DNA of 64,000 nt from Clostridia bacterium (GCA_017937285.1 JAGBDU010000021.1:15987-79986), one strand, 5' to 3'. Counted from the first letter of the stretch, positions 29,397-39,999 are shown. Translations and numbers: made by a program. Notes: generated by a model not told the origin, from the letters alone.

Positions 29397-30587
29397 TTAG
29401 TTCTTATCGACTAATAAATTTTGCAAGACTATACCTGCACTTCTATTGTGAGAAGCAAGTGGATGCACATAGAAATTAAATGTCGTACTAATTTGTGCAT
29501 GTCCTAATCTTGCAACTACAACTGCTACATCAACATTTTGAGAAATAAGTAGAGTAGCATTTGTATGTCTGATACCATGGAAATTCAAATAAGGTAGTCC
29601 TATCTTCTGAACAAATTTAACAAACCATTTACTTACCGTATCAGGATGCATAGGTTTGCCATTATCTTGTACAAATAACCTATTAGATTCTTCCCAGAAT
29701 TCACCACAAAGATCTTTTTGATCATCATACCATAATTTATATTCTTCAAGTATTTCAATGACAGAATCAGGTATAGAAATGTGTCTATAAGAACTAGGTG
29801 TTTTAGGTGTCTTGGTATAAACTCCTGTACTTGCTAAATATTGACTTGATTTATTTACGGATATTTCTTTGTTTTTGAAATCAATATTTTCCCAGTCTAG
29901 TCCCATTAATTCTCCTAACCTTACTCCAGTAAATACTGTAAGAATAATAGCAACCTTATATTTTATTTCGCTATCTTTAAGTTCATTTAATCCTTTTAGA
30001 AGAACTCTGCATTGTTCATCATCGTAGAATTTACGTTGTGCTTTTGGTGCTCTTGGTGGTTGAACTCTATCTGCAGGATTATAAGGTATTAGTTGCCAAT
30101 ATACAGCCTTGTGTAGCATTGCACTTATTAGTCTATGATGTTCTAGAATAGTCTTTTTAGATAATGGTTTCAAAGTACGCTCACCATTATTTTTAGCAAG
30201 TCTTTTAATTTGTGTATCTTGTTCTAGCATATCATAAAGTTTCATAAGATCTGTAGGTTTAATTTTTTCTAAAGTAAAAGAGCATAAATATGGAAGAATT
30301 CTGCTTTCTAACATTCCAACATATCTGTTGTAAGTAGATGGCGCTAAATCCTTTGTACCATAATTTACTTGCCAAATATGATAGAATTCTTCAAAAGTTA
30401 CTGGCTTTCCTGCAGGTATTAATCCACGATTAGCTTCTGTAACAAATTCTGCAAGTGCAATTTCAGCATCTTTACGAGTTCCATGGATAGTTTTTGTTCT
30501 TCTTGCTCTAGATCCATCAAGATTTTTACCAGTAGATACTACTAACCTATAAGTATTTTCACCTCTTTTTTCAATACTCCCAGCCAT
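29397..30587 (-). CDS. int: tyrosine site-specific integrase
   Basis: MAGSIEKRGENTYRL N-terminus, core-binding domain, catalytic HGIRHTNATLL and LGHAQISTTFNFYVH. ATG at 30587 lies 9 nt after AAGGAGGTG. Confidence 0.9.
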   Translation of the reverse strand: MAGSIEKRGENTYRLVVSTGKNLDGSRARRTKTIHGTRKDAEIALAEFVTEANRGLIPAGKPVTFEEFYHIWQVNYGTKDLAPSTYNRYVGMLESRILPYLCSFTLEKIKPTDLMKLYDMLEQDTQIKRLAKNNGERTLKPLSKKTILEHHRLISAMLHKAVYWQLIPYNPADRVQPPRAPKAQRKFYDDEQCRVLLKGLNELKDSEIKYKVAIILTVFTGVRLGELMGLDWENIDFKNKEISVNKSSQYLASTGVYTKTPKTPSSYRHISIPDSVIEILEEYKLWYDDQKDLCGEFWEESNRLFVQDNGKPMHPDTVSKWFVKFVQKIGLPYLNFHGIRHTNATLLISQNVDVAVVVARLGHAQISTTFNFYVHPLASHNRSAGIVLQNLLVDKN

Positions 30588-30840
30588 TGCCTTTTTCACC
30601 TCCTTTCAGGCATAACCATGGGTGAGAGTTTCATATTTAATTGAGATTATTATATATCAAAATATTGATGATTACTAGTGGATTTTGCTTATTTTTCAAG
30701 TGTTACAAAGATTACAATAAGATTCATAAAAAAACTTACATAGAACAATAAAAAACTAGATAAAATGTAATATTAAGCTAAAATGTCGTAAAAAGTCGAA
30801 TTTTATCAGAAAAAAGTTAACACAAATTTTTATTCATATA

Positions 30841-30869
30841 TGGATAAAAAAGTAAAAATATGTTATAAT
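30841..30869 (+). promoter_or_regulatory. promoter upstream of the KAP NTPase gene
   Basis: TGGATA (30841-30846), 17-nt spacer, TATAAT (30864-30869), with TG at -15/-14. Confidence 0.5.
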
Positions 30870-30885
30870 TTCTGTATCACAAAAG

Positions 30886-30919
30886 AGAAAGTAGAAAATT
30901 GCTACTTTCTTTTTTTTTA
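30886..30919 (+). terminator. leader terminator / attenuator between promoter and KAP start codon
   Basis: agaaagtag / ctactttct stem followed by T8, ending 24 nt before the ATG at 30943. Confidence 0.6.
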
Positions 30920-30942
30920 TAATTACAAGAGTAGGTGAATAG

Positions 30943-33900
30943 ATGAAAAGTAATAATATATATTTAATGGATAAGCCAATTGATGATATAAATAAAGATG
31001 AATTTGACTATAAAAGTATTGTAGATGAGATAGTAAATAACATACAAAATAATCAACCACCATATAATATAGCACTAATAGGAAAATGGGGAACTGGTAA
31101 AAGTAGTATATTAGATTGCGCTAAAAAAGAATTAGAGAATAAAGGAAATAATGAATATTTATTTACTACAATTAATGCATGGAAATATGAAAAACAAGAA
31201 ATAAGAAAATCATTTATCTTAGAAATACTAAGTAAGATTCCTAATCAAGAAGAAAAAAGCAATAAAATTCAAGCAATAATTGATTCATTAAGCAATATTT
31301 TTATGATTAAACCAAAGGAATTAGAAATAAAGGAAAAATGGTATATAAAATTATGGAATATTGTTAAACAATCTTTTATATGTATTTTACCATTGGTATT
31401 GATGTTTTTATTTGCATACTTAATAATTGATGCCGTATTGAATGCCTTTGGTAAGACAATAGATGGTTATAATTCTATAAGATTAGAACAATGTGGAGCT
31501 TTTATAATGGCAATTTTAACTGAAATTGGTATTATAATTAAAAGTAATGTTTTTGGAAAAAAACCTGTAAATTTTTATTTGGAGGAAAATGAAAAGGATA
31601 CAAATTTTTATGAAAAGCAATTAAAAAAATCAATTGAATTATATAAAGAAGAAAATGAAAATTTTAAATCTATTGTATGTGTAGTTGAAGATATTGATAG
31701 ATTAAATGCCAATAAAATGGTTGAAGCTATAAGTGCTTTAAAAGGTTTTGTAGGAGTAGATAACCTAATATTTATTGTTCCATATGATACGAATATATTA
31801 TGCAAAGTATTAGAAGAAAGCAAAACAAATAAACTATCTAACAATTATGAAATATTAGAAGGAGAATTAGTATTAAACAAATTATTCCAATATAAAATAT
31901 ACATGCCAGAGCTAATACAAGAAGATATGTATGAGTATATTAAAAATTTAATAGAAAAGGAAAATAATGAAATATATAAACTATTCCCAAATAAGGAACT
32001 ATTAGTTGATGATATATTGCCAATTCTTATGTATGAAGAAATAAAAACTCCTCGTGATGCTAAACAAATTTTAAATTCATTTATTTTTAAATATAATATT
32101 GCTATTAGTAGAAAAGTAATAGATTATAACAATATAGATAAAAATGAAATAAAAATGCTAGCTGTATTAACTGTATTGGAAAATGATTTTAATGAGTTTT
32201 ACTCTTACATTTTAATGTATCCGACAATAATTAATGACTTTTTAGAAACAGAGAAATTAGATAAAAAAGATAATGCTATATATAGAATATTTAAGAATAA
32301 AATTTATAAAGGAAGAAAATTTGAATCACTGTTAGCATTTTTAAAATATACAACAACTATAAAAATAGAAAATGTAGAGAGATTTATATATTTAAATGAC
32401 AGTAAAATTGATAAAGTTAGTGGAGGAAAATTAGGAAAAGAATTTAGATTAGCTATAACAAGTTTTGATATTAGAAATGCTAAAAAAGCAGTTGAAAATA
32501 TTAGCAGTATTACTGACATGGTTAATAGAGAAATGAGTTATAATTCAGGAAATATACTGAAAAAGAAAAATATCATTCTTACACTAATTTCAATTTACAG
32601 TATATTAAAAAATACTTTAGATAAAAATAATATAAGAAATATTATTGAAAATAATATAGAAGTTATTGAAAAATCAGATTATTCAAATATAAATACAGTT
32701 GAATTATTAAAAATTGTTTTAGATGATAAAGAAAATCAATGTAAAAAAACGGTTGATCTTTTTAGAGAAAAAATAGATAATTGGACACCTGTGTATTATT
32801 TTAATCAAGATGAAAGTTTAGGATATGTGGATCAAAAAGATTTACTGGAAGAAGAAATAGATATGTACATAAATGCATTTCCAGATTTAGATAATGAGAC
32901 TCAAATTAAAATTAGCAATTTATTAAGTAAAATTGGTGATTATTCGTTGACAGAAGATGATATTGAAAACAATTTAAAATTATATACATTTGTTGATTAT
33001 TATAATTTCCTAAAAACAAAGATGAACGAAAATAACTATTATATACTAGAAAATAGCTTCTTAAATAGGGTAATGCCATGTGTTAAAGAAGATAAAATAA
33101 AAATAGAAGAATTGAGAGTTCTAAAGAATATTTATGTTAAAAATAAAAAATTTGATGTTTATGCAGAAAAGCTAGTATCAGAATTTAAAGAAGAGAATGC
33201 TGAGAGATTATTAGAATGTTTAAAATCTTTAGAAGATAATTTAAGTACAACAAAGATTGAAATAAAAAAATTAATATTTGAAATTATAGAGAATAATTCA
33301 ACGGATTTGCTTGAATTAGATGCGGCTGGTGATTTAGATAATATCTTAGAAACAATTATAGTTGACATATTAAAAGATGATAATAATAATGATGTGGATG
33401 CATTACTTATGAAATTGAATGAAAAAATATATATTGTTGAGACAATTAACAAAATAGCTACAAATAATATGTTACAAAGGATTCCAAATACTATATTTGA
33501 TATAAATGAGGAACTTGTGGAAAAAGATGATACAGAGTATTCAGCTATGTTTGAAAAAATGCATAATAAATACTCTTTAGAAGAAAAAAGTGATATACTA
33601 AATAAATTATATAATAGAATTCCTAAGTTAAAAAACAATATAAATAAAATTAAAGAGATATTTGAATTATTAAATATAAAAAACAATAGAGATATTTGTA
33701 TTGATTTTATTACAAATATTGTTAACTATTTGGAAGCAAGTTTTGCTACTTTAACTGATAAAACAGTAAGAAATGAATTATTACTATTTGCCACAGAAAA
33801 TTCAAATCTTCTAGAAAATAAAGAAAAAGAAAAGTTTTTTAATTTTATTAATCAAAAGGTATATGCAACTGATATAAAATTATCAATAGAATGTAATTCT

Positions 33901-34647
33901 AACGTAAATTTTGATGATTTAGATGATTCAAAATGGGAAGAGGTTATCGAAAAATATATAGCTTCTGCAAAATTAGAATTAATGGATTTTATTCATATAA
34001 TAGAAAAACATAATAATATCTTAATAGACAACACTGATTTAAAAGAACAATTTATTGATAGAGTAATAAACGAATTTGAAGCTGAATCTGGTGATGGAAT
34101 AATAAATGTTTTACAAACAATAAATATTTCTGAAGAAAGCAATGTGATAAAAATATATGATCTATTTTCTAAGTATGTAGATAATCATAAAATTGTTGAT
34201 TGCATGAAAAATATATTGAACAATATAGAAAGTATATCAGAGTTTGTAGAAAAAATAATTAGAGGAGATTCAGATATAGATTTATTATTACAAGTAAGCC
34301 GTCAAAGTAAAAAAATAGAAATTGAAAGTATTATAAAAACAATTATTGAAAAATACAAATCTGGTAATGAAAATTTTGAATTAAGTTCAAAAATAAAAAT
34401 ACTACGATTTATTGCTGAAAGATTTAGCGGTAACAAAAAATTCAAGGAGGATTTTATTCTATTATCTAAGGATATTGTAAATAATATAGATACTACAGAT
34501 GTAGATGAAATAGTAGAAATATTAATTGAAAATAAAAAGATACTTGATAAAGATACAAGAAAAACATTAACTGATAAATTGGAAGTTACAATAGAAAAGA
34601 TGGAAAATAAAGATGAACTAATAAAAAAATTAGAACAATTAAAATAA
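30943..34647 (+). CDS. KAP-family P-loop NTPase with inserted TM helices (Tmn-like)
   Basis: Walker A is IALIGKWGTGKSSIL. Two hydrophobic helices (FICILPLVLMFLFAYLIIDAVL, GAFIMAILTEIGIII) are inserted before Walker B VCVVEDIDRL. A long helical C-terminal region follows; 1234 aa. Confidence 0.8.
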   Translation: MKSNNIYLMDKPIDDINKDEFDYKSIVDEIVNNIQNNQPPYNIALIGKWGTGKSSILDCAKKELENKGNNEYLFTTINAWKYEKQEIRKSFILEILSKIPNQEEKSNKIQAIIDSLSNIFMIKPKELEIKEKWYIKLWNIVKQSFICILPLVLMFLFAYLIIDAVLNAFGKTIDGYNSIRLEQCGAFIMAILTEIGIIIKSNVFGKKPVNFYLEENEKDTNFYEKQLKKSIELYKEENENFKSIVCVVEDIDRLNANKMVEAISALKGFVGVDNLIFIVPYDTNILCKVLEESKTNKLSNNYEILEGELVLNKLFQYKIYMPELIQEDMYEYIKNLIEKENNEIYKLFPNKELLVDDILPILMYEEIKTPRDAKQILNSFIFKYNIAISRKVIDYNNIDKNEIKMLAVLTVLENDFNEFYSYILMYPTIINDFLETEKLDKKDNAIYRIFKNKIYKGRKFESLLAFLKYTTTIKIENVERFIYLNDSKIDKVSGGKLGKEFRLAITSFDIRNAKKAVENISSITDMVNREMSYNSGNILKKKNIILTLISIYSILKNTLDKNNIRNIIENNIEVIEKSDYSNINTVELLKIVLDDKENQCKKTVDLFREKIDNWTPVYYFNQDESLGYVDQKDLLEEEIDMYINAFPDLDNETQIKISNLLSKIGDYSLTEDDIENNLKLYTFVDYYNFLKTKMNENNYYILENSFLNRVMPCVKEDKIKIEELRVLKNIYVKNKKFDVYAEKLVSEFKEENAERLLECLKSLEDNLSTTKIEIKKLIFEIIENNSTDLLELDAAGDLDNILETIIVDILKDDNNNDVDALLMKLNEKIYIVETINKIATNNMLQRIPNTIFDINEELVEKDDTEYSAMFEKMHNKYSLEEKSDILNKLYNRIPKLKNNINKIKEIFELLNIKNNRDICIDFITNIVNYLEASFATLTDKTVRNELLLFATENSNLLENKEKEKFFNFINQKVYATDIKLSIECNSNVNFDDLDDSKWEEVIEKYIASAKLELMDFIHIIEKHNNILIDNTDLKEQFIDRVINEFEAESGDGIINVLQTINISEESNVIKIYDLFSKYVDNHKIVDCMKNILNNIESISEFVEKIIRGDSDIDLLLQVSRQSKKIEIESIIKTIIEKYKSGNENFELSSKIKILRFIAERFSGNKKFKEDFILLSKDIVNNIDTTDVDEIVEILIENKKILDKDTRKTLTDKLEVTIEKMENKDELIKKLEQLK

Positions 34648-34764
34648 GAGCTTTTACAGCTCTTATTTATTTTATATTATAGGAAAGTTCGTTTTTTACT
34701 AGAAAGGTAGACATAAAAAAGAGGCTCAATAAAAAAGCCTCAAAAACGTATTTTTTTGAAGTAA

Positions 34765-35034
34765 TTAAAAAGGTAAATCCTCATCATTAAAATTCTCATT
34801 TTTATTATCATATCCATAAAATTTTGCGGCTTCATCTTCCCAGCCTTCATCATCAGCCCACATTTCTTCATAATCATCTTCGCACATATCATTCATACCA
34901 GATATAAATGACATATATGCTATAAATTCGTCATCGGGCATTGCATCAATCATTTTCTTATATTCTTCTTTTAATTGTTTTATCTCATTTGAAAATGGAT
35001 AATTCATTTTTTTATCACTTTTCTTCTTGCTCAT
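34765..35034 (-). CDS. small acidic protein downstream of the IS91 transposase
   Basis: ATG at 35034 sits behind GGAGGG, 15 nt after the transposase stop. Asp/Glu/Trp-rich, 89 aa. Confidence 0.45.
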   Translation of the reverse strand: MSKKKSDKKMNYPFSNEIKQLKEEYKKMIDAMPDDEFIAYMSFISGMNDMCEDDYEEMWADDEGWEDEAAKFYGYDNKNENFNDEDLPF

Positions 35035-35048
35035 ATTTTCCCTCCACA

Positions 35049-36200
35049 TCATATATTATACAATGGGAGGCGAGTGGATTTCAATATTTCTGGGTCTTTT
35101 ATTTTTAATTCGAAGAATATTAAGTTGCCACCACAACTGCAAATTGTGGTGGCATATCCAAAAGAAAGCTCAATTGCTAAATTCCATTTGCGTAATTGAT
35201 TTCTTATTTCAATTTGATTTTTATTTAATAATTTAAATATTTTATCTGAATGTTTATGTTTTTTTGCATAAATGCCGTAATATCTAACTACTTTGAAGTT
35301 TTTATCTGGAATATGCATTATTAATTTTTTTATAAATTCGTATGCATGTATTTTTTCTTCAATTCTTTTTCCGTCTTCATGTCGCTCATAATAATATGTT
35401 ACGTAAGTTCCATCATAATCTATAATTCTTGATTGAGCCATTGCGGGTCTGCCCGTGTATCGAACAACATAATTTATTGTTTGATTTATTGAAGAAATAT
35501 TATCTGGTTTAGCATATACATAAAATCCATTATTATATTCTTTATATATTTGATTTTTTAATTGTTTAAATTTTGGTAGTTCATTTGCGGGTAAATTGTT
35601 TTGTAAATAATCAAGAAGTAATTTTTGCCATCTAAAACGAAGTGCTTTAAAATTTATATGTTTAACAATTCTAAACACTTCTGTGTTGCCTGCACCACCT
35701 TCTGTGCATAACATATGTATATGCGGGTTCCATTTTAAATCTCTTCCAAATGTGTGTAATGTGCACATGATTCCTGGAGTAAAATTTTGAGATTTGTTTA
35801 ATTCATAAAACCAAGATAAAATTGCTGAAGAAGCAGAGCTAAAAAGGCCATCTAAAAGATTTCTGTATTTAAGAAAATAAGACCATAATTTATCAGACAT
35901 TGTAAAAACGATGTGGCGATGTTTACAACGAATAGATTTTTTTGTCATAGAGAAAGCCCTGTCTTGAGCATATTTTACACCACAAGTGTTGCAAAATCTT
36001 GATTTGCAACGAAATGGAACTTTAACGAATTTTTTGCAATGTTCACAGACATATAGAGCATATCCATAATCTGGATTACCACAATTCATTATTTTTTCTA
36101 CTTCATCAAATACAACTTGACGAATGTTTAATTCTGGATTTCTAACTATAAAATTATCCCAATTGTCGATGAATATTTGTTTTATCGTGAATTCAGACAT
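35049..36200 (-). CDS. tnpA: IS91-family (Y2 HUH rolling-circle) transposase
   Basis: N-terminal zinc-binding domain (CGNPDYGYALYVCEHCKKFVKVPFRCKSRFCNTCG), HTFGRDLKWNPHIHML HUH region, YVVRYTGRPAMAQSRI tyrosine region. Confidence 0.85.
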   Translation of the reverse strand: MSEFTIKQIFIDNWDNFIVRNPELNIRQVVFDEVEKIMNCGNPDYGYALYVCEHCKKFVKVPFRCKSRFCNTCGVKYAQDRAFSMTKKSIRCKHRHIVFTMSDKLWSYFLKYRNLLDGLFSSASSAILSWFYELNKSQNFTPGIMCTLHTFGRDLKWNPHIHMLCTEGGAGNTEVFRIVKHINFKALRFRWQKLLLDYLQNNLPANELPKFKQLKNQIYKEYNNGFYVYAKPDNISSINQTINYVVRYTGRPAMAQSRIIDYDGTYVTYYYERHEDGKRIEEKIHAYEFIKKLIMHIPDKNFKVVRYYGIYAKKHKHSDKIFKLLNKNQIEIRNQLRKWNLAIELSFGYATTICSCGGNLIFFELKIKDPEILKSTRLPLYNI

Positions 36201-36377
36201 ATGAATACATCCAAAGAGATAATAAAATAAAGAAAGTAAAAATAAAAGAAGAAAGCTCTAAATTGTAGAGCTCCAAGGGCGGAATTTATTCCGCTTTTTT
36301 AGAAAAAATAATTGTCGATTTGTGGAAAAAAACGTGAAAGTGTGATATAAGATATACTAGATAAAATATAATTAAAA

Positions 36378-38792
36378 GTGGTAATGAGTATGAATAAAAT
36401 ATATAAATTGTGTGAATACGGTGTATCAATTTATACTGTAAATAAATTAAAAAAATATACTGTAGAAGAATTAGAATATAAGATTGATGAAATAAATGAT
36501 ATTAGTGGATTGGGAATCGGTAAAAAAAATCAAATTAAAGAGATAATAAAAAGCGATAGGTTTAAAAATGATAAAAACTATAGTGTATTTGAATTATATG
36601 AATATGGTTTGAATTTACAACAAATAGAGAATTTATATAGAAATAATGTTGATATTTATAAAATTACGGATGAAGAGATAGATAGCATTGAAATAAGTAA
36701 ACAATTAAAAGACAAACTAAAAAATATAATTATATCTTTACGAATTAAAGATGATGAAGTTGGTAAAAATATAAGTTTTGCAACATTACTAGAAAGTGAA
36801 ATAAAGAAAATTTTGAATCCTTTTGAAATAATGTCAGTAAATATGTTAAGAAACAAAATTTTTAAAAGAAAAGAGTATCCTATAAATCACTTTATTGAGG
36901 ATTTAAATGATTTAAAAGACACTGGAGTTATAATAATGTCAAATGAAGGGGTATATTATAGCATACCAGAGTTGTTGGATTGCATTAAAAAATTAAAAAG
37001 TGAAAAAGATAAGGATATATTTATTGATAGAATTAATGGAAAAACACTATCTGAAATAGGTAATAAATATGGAATTACCAGAGAAAGAATACGACAGATA
37101 GTTGAAAGAAATTTAAGAAATCTACCTATTGTGAAAGAAGAAAAATATAAGTCTATATTTTCAACTTATGCTTGGGAAGAAAACATATTTTGTAAAATAT
37201 TTGATGTTGAACCATATGTGTATAATTTTTTAAATTTGAAATATAAAAAAGGTAGTATTGAATTAGTAAAATTATATGACGATGAACGTATAGATGAAAA
37301 GCAACAAGTTATTTTAGATAATTATTTAGGATATATTGAGTTATATGATGAAAAAATACCTAACAATCAGGAAACAATATTAAGACTATTTGCTAAACAT
37401 GAGGCAATAGAAATTATTTCAGTAGACGAGTTGTATGAAAAATATCAAAAAATTTCTGAAAAATATAATTTAAAAGAGATAGATGGAATTAGAAATTTTG
37501 AATCAATTTTATCTAGAAAAAATTATATATTAAATAATTTAAATAGAAAGATGAGATTTTACGATATAAATAAAGTGACAGATAAAATGAGAATAAATTT
37601 GAATGAAATATTAAATTGTGAACCAGGAGAATATTCAACTTTGTATTTTTATAATCTTCATAATGAATTAATGCAAGAATTAGAATTACAAAATGAATAT
37701 GAGTTGCATAATTTACTTAGAATTTTAGATATAAATAATGATAAAAACAAAATTATTTTTAATAAAATGCCACATATTTTTATAGGAATAACTGATAAAA
37801 AAATATTTTTTGAAGAACGCCTTAGAGAATTAGCTCCAATTTCAGTAGATGAAGCTGCCGAATTTTTTCAAAATCAATATGGTCATAAATATGAAACAAC
37901 AAGTGCATATTTGCGATTAGAATTTAAAACTTATATCAATAATAATATCATTAGTTTTGATATAGAACAGTTAAATGAAGACGTATTGAAGAGAATAAAA
38001 AAAAGAATTAATGAAGATTTGTGTACATTATCTAATGCCAGAGATATTTTTAAAATGATAATAGGAGATAACTATTTGAAATATTTTAATTCTTATAATT
38101 TTGAAAAAATAGGATATAGAGTTAGGGGAGATTATATTCAAAAAGATACAATTAATAATCTTGAGGAATATATTATTAATTGTTTTTTACAAAAAAAAGT
38201 TATTTATTCATATGATATTCCTTTATATGGATTAAATGTTATATATAATATATTAAGAAATTGTGAAAATAGATTTGATATTATTAAAATTAGTGAGGAT
38301 AAATATTTAAATTATTCAGTATTAGAAAATGCAGGAATAAGTAAAAAAGAACTTATTAATTATGGTGAGAGGATAAAAAGAGAATATTCTGCAGGTGATT
38401 TTTTTAATTTATATTCTGTAAGAAATCGTTTAGGGGAATGCAACTTAGATAATGAAGGATTTGAAGATATGTTTTATGAATCATTAATCTTCCATACAGA
38501 AGGAATAAAAAAAATAGGATTAAATAACAACAGCATTTTTTATATAACTTCTACGAGAGACAGACATGAATACCGTGCTAAGGATGTAATAAAAGATATA
38601 ATAGGAAGTCAAGAAGGAATGAGATTAGGGGATGTCTATGAAAAATTAGAAGATGAGTATGGAATAAAATTTGATAATGAATATTTGTTGATAGATTTAA
38701 TTAGAGAAAATAAATATTATTATAATCATATTTTAAATAAAATATATACAAGTAAAATAGCGTATTTAAATGAAATATATGAGGAGGAATAA
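36378..38792 (+). CDS. 804-aa protein with HhH-like repeats and a sigma-70 region-4-like HTH (gene A of candidate system)
   Basis: LCEYGVSIYTVNKLKKYTVEEL / LYEYGLNLQQIENLYRNNVDIY repeats, ISGLGIGKKNQIKEI, GKTLSEIGNKYGITRERIRQIVERNL. The rest has no motif I recognise. The start (GTG 36378 / ATG 36384 / ATG 36390) is uncertain. Confidence 0.6.
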   Translation: MVMSMNKIYKLCEYGVSIYTVNKLKKYTVEELEYKIDEINDISGLGIGKKNQIKEIIKSDRFKNDKNYSVFELYEYGLNLQQIENLYRNNVDIYKITDEEIDSIEISKQLKDKLKNIIISLRIKDDEVGKNISFATLLESEIKKILNPFEIMSVNMLRNKIFKRKEYPINHFIEDLNDLKDTGVIIMSNEGVYYSIPELLDCIKKLKSEKDKDIFIDRINGKTLSEIGNKYGITRERIRQIVERNLRNLPIVKEEKYKSIFSTYAWEENIFCKIFDVEPYVYNFLNLKYKKGSIELVKLYDDERIDEKQQVILDNYLGYIELYDEKIPNNQETILRLFAKHEAIEIISVDELYEKYQKISEKYNLKEIDGIRNFESILSRKNYILNNLNRKMRFYDINKVTDKMRINLNEILNCEPGEYSTLYFYNLHNELMQELELQNEYELHNLLRILDINNDKNKIIFNKMPHIFIGITDKKIFFEERLRELAPISVDEAAEFFQNQYGHKYETTSAYLRLEFKTYINNNIISFDIEQLNEDVLKRIKKRINEDLCTLSNARDIFKMIIGDNYLKYFNSYNFEKIGYRVRGDYIQKDTINNLEEYIINCFLQKKVIYSYDIPLYGLNVIYNILRNCENRFDIIKISEDKYLNYSVLENAGISKKELINYGERIKREYSAGDFFNLYSVRNRLGECNLDNEGFEDMFYESLIFHTEGIKKIGLNNNSIFYITSTRDRHEYRAKDVIKDIIGSQEGMRLGDVYEKLEDEYGIKFDNEYLLIDLIRENKYYYNHILNKIYTSKIAYLNEIYEEE

Positions 38793-38793
38793 A

Positions 38794-39999
38794 ATGAAAA
38801 ATTTATTAGAATTAAAAGAAAAAGTATCATTAACTGAATTATCAAAAAAAATAAATATAAAAGGAGAAACAAAGATTTATCCTGTATATAGAATTGCAAT
38901 AGAGGAATTATATTATAACAATCAAAATGATAGAATTGCTAGTCAAATTAGTGAATATATGGAAAATAATAATTTAGAAAACTTTGATGTAGACTATGAT
39001 AATTTATCTAAATATAATGATATTGTAGGTGAATTTATTAAAGCATCAAACATGCCAGCTTTTATGAAGACTAAAAATAATATTGAAAGATTTTCTCAAT
39101 TAGAGGCAGGTGTTGTAACAACAGATGGAAGAGTAATAGATGGAAACAGAAGATTTACATGCCTAAGAGAATTATCAAAAGATAATCCTCAGTTTGCATA
39201 TTTTAATGCAGTAATATTAGATGATGGCCAATTAACTCCAAAAGAAATTAAAACTTTAGAGTTAGAAATACAGCATGGTCAGGAAGAGAAAGTTGGATAT
39301 GATATAATTGATAGATGTGCAGGAATTTATAAAGATTTAATTAAAGAAGGGCATATGTTTACTCGTGAAGAGTATGCAAGAAGTACAGATGAAAAAATAT
39401 CTGATATAGATAAATTAATTGAAAAAACAAATTTGATTGTAGAATTTTTAGAGTTTATGAATGCCCCTGAAAAGTTTCATGTTGCGAGAAATTTAGAAAT
39501 TGATGGCCCAATAAGTGAGTTGATTCCATTGAAAAAAAACAGTTCTGAAGAAGAGTGGAATAAAATTAAAATAATTACTTTTGATAATATTATAACTAAA
39601 ACAGATAAAGATATAACAAGATATATAAGGGATATAAAAAAATATGTAAAAGATGATGAGCTTGATAATTATTTCGAAGAACATAGAGAAACTTCAAAGC
39701 AGATTCATACTAAACTTGAGAATATGGGCAATGTAACAATTGATAAAGTAAAAGAAGAGATTAGATCTAATGAGGATTTAAAAGAAAATGCTCGTAAAGT
39801 ATATGAGAAATATACAGATAAAGGAAAATTAAAAGAAGTTAAAGAGCAACCAATAAAATTATTAGAAAAAGTTTCGAATATTTTAGATGAAATAGATTTT
39901 AATGCTGTAAATAAAATGTCTATAGATGAAAAAGATAGATTCATATATTCTTTTAATGAAATTTTAAATAAGTTAAATAATATGAAGGGAAAGATATAA
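38794..39999 (+). CDS. ParB/Srx N-domain protein with long helical tail (gene B)
   Basis: ELYYNNQNDRI and GVVTTDGRVIDGNRRFTCLREL fit the ParB N-terminal domain boxes. ATG at 38794 lies 6 nt after GAGGAGG and 1 nt after the gene A stop. Confidence 0.65.
   Translation: MKNLLELKEKVSLTELSKKINIKGETKIYPVYRIAIEELYYNNQNDRIASQISEYMENNNLENFDVDYDNLSKYNDIVGEFIKASNMPAFMKTKNNIERFSQLEAGVVTTDGRVIDGNRRFTCLRELSKDNPQFAYFNAVILDDGQLTPKEIKTLELEIQHGQEEKVGYDIIDRCAGIYKDLIKEGHMFTREEYARSTDEKISDIDKLIEKTNLIVEFLEFMNAPEKFHVARNLEIDGPISELIPLKKNSSEEEWNKIKIITFDNIITKTDKDITRYIRDIKKYVKDDELDNYFEEHRETSKQIHTKLENMGNVTIDKVKEEIRSNEDLKENARKVYEKYTDKGKLKEVKEQPIKLLEKVSNILDEIDFNAVNKMSIDEKDRFIYSFNEILNKLNNMKGKI

Larger units (their letters stand above)
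34692..36300 (-). mobile_element. IS91-family insertion sequence (boundaries approximate)
   Basis: Transposase plus small ORF. Hairpins at 36246-36298 upstream of the transposase. GTTC tetranucleotide at 34688-34691 next to the proposed other end. Confidence 0.4.

Noticed and set aside
31608-33686. Minus-strand ORFs inside the KAP NTPase gene (31608-31844, 32304-32519, 33159-33686). The same applies to similar antisense ORFs inside other long genes, such as 40492-40731, 41962-42144, 56556-57344, 26182-26520 and 18243-19562.
   Set aside because: These are low-complexity Ser/Phe/Ile/Leu-rich translations, typical of the antisense strand of AT-rich genes. They have no RBS and are fully embedded in well-supported CDSs.
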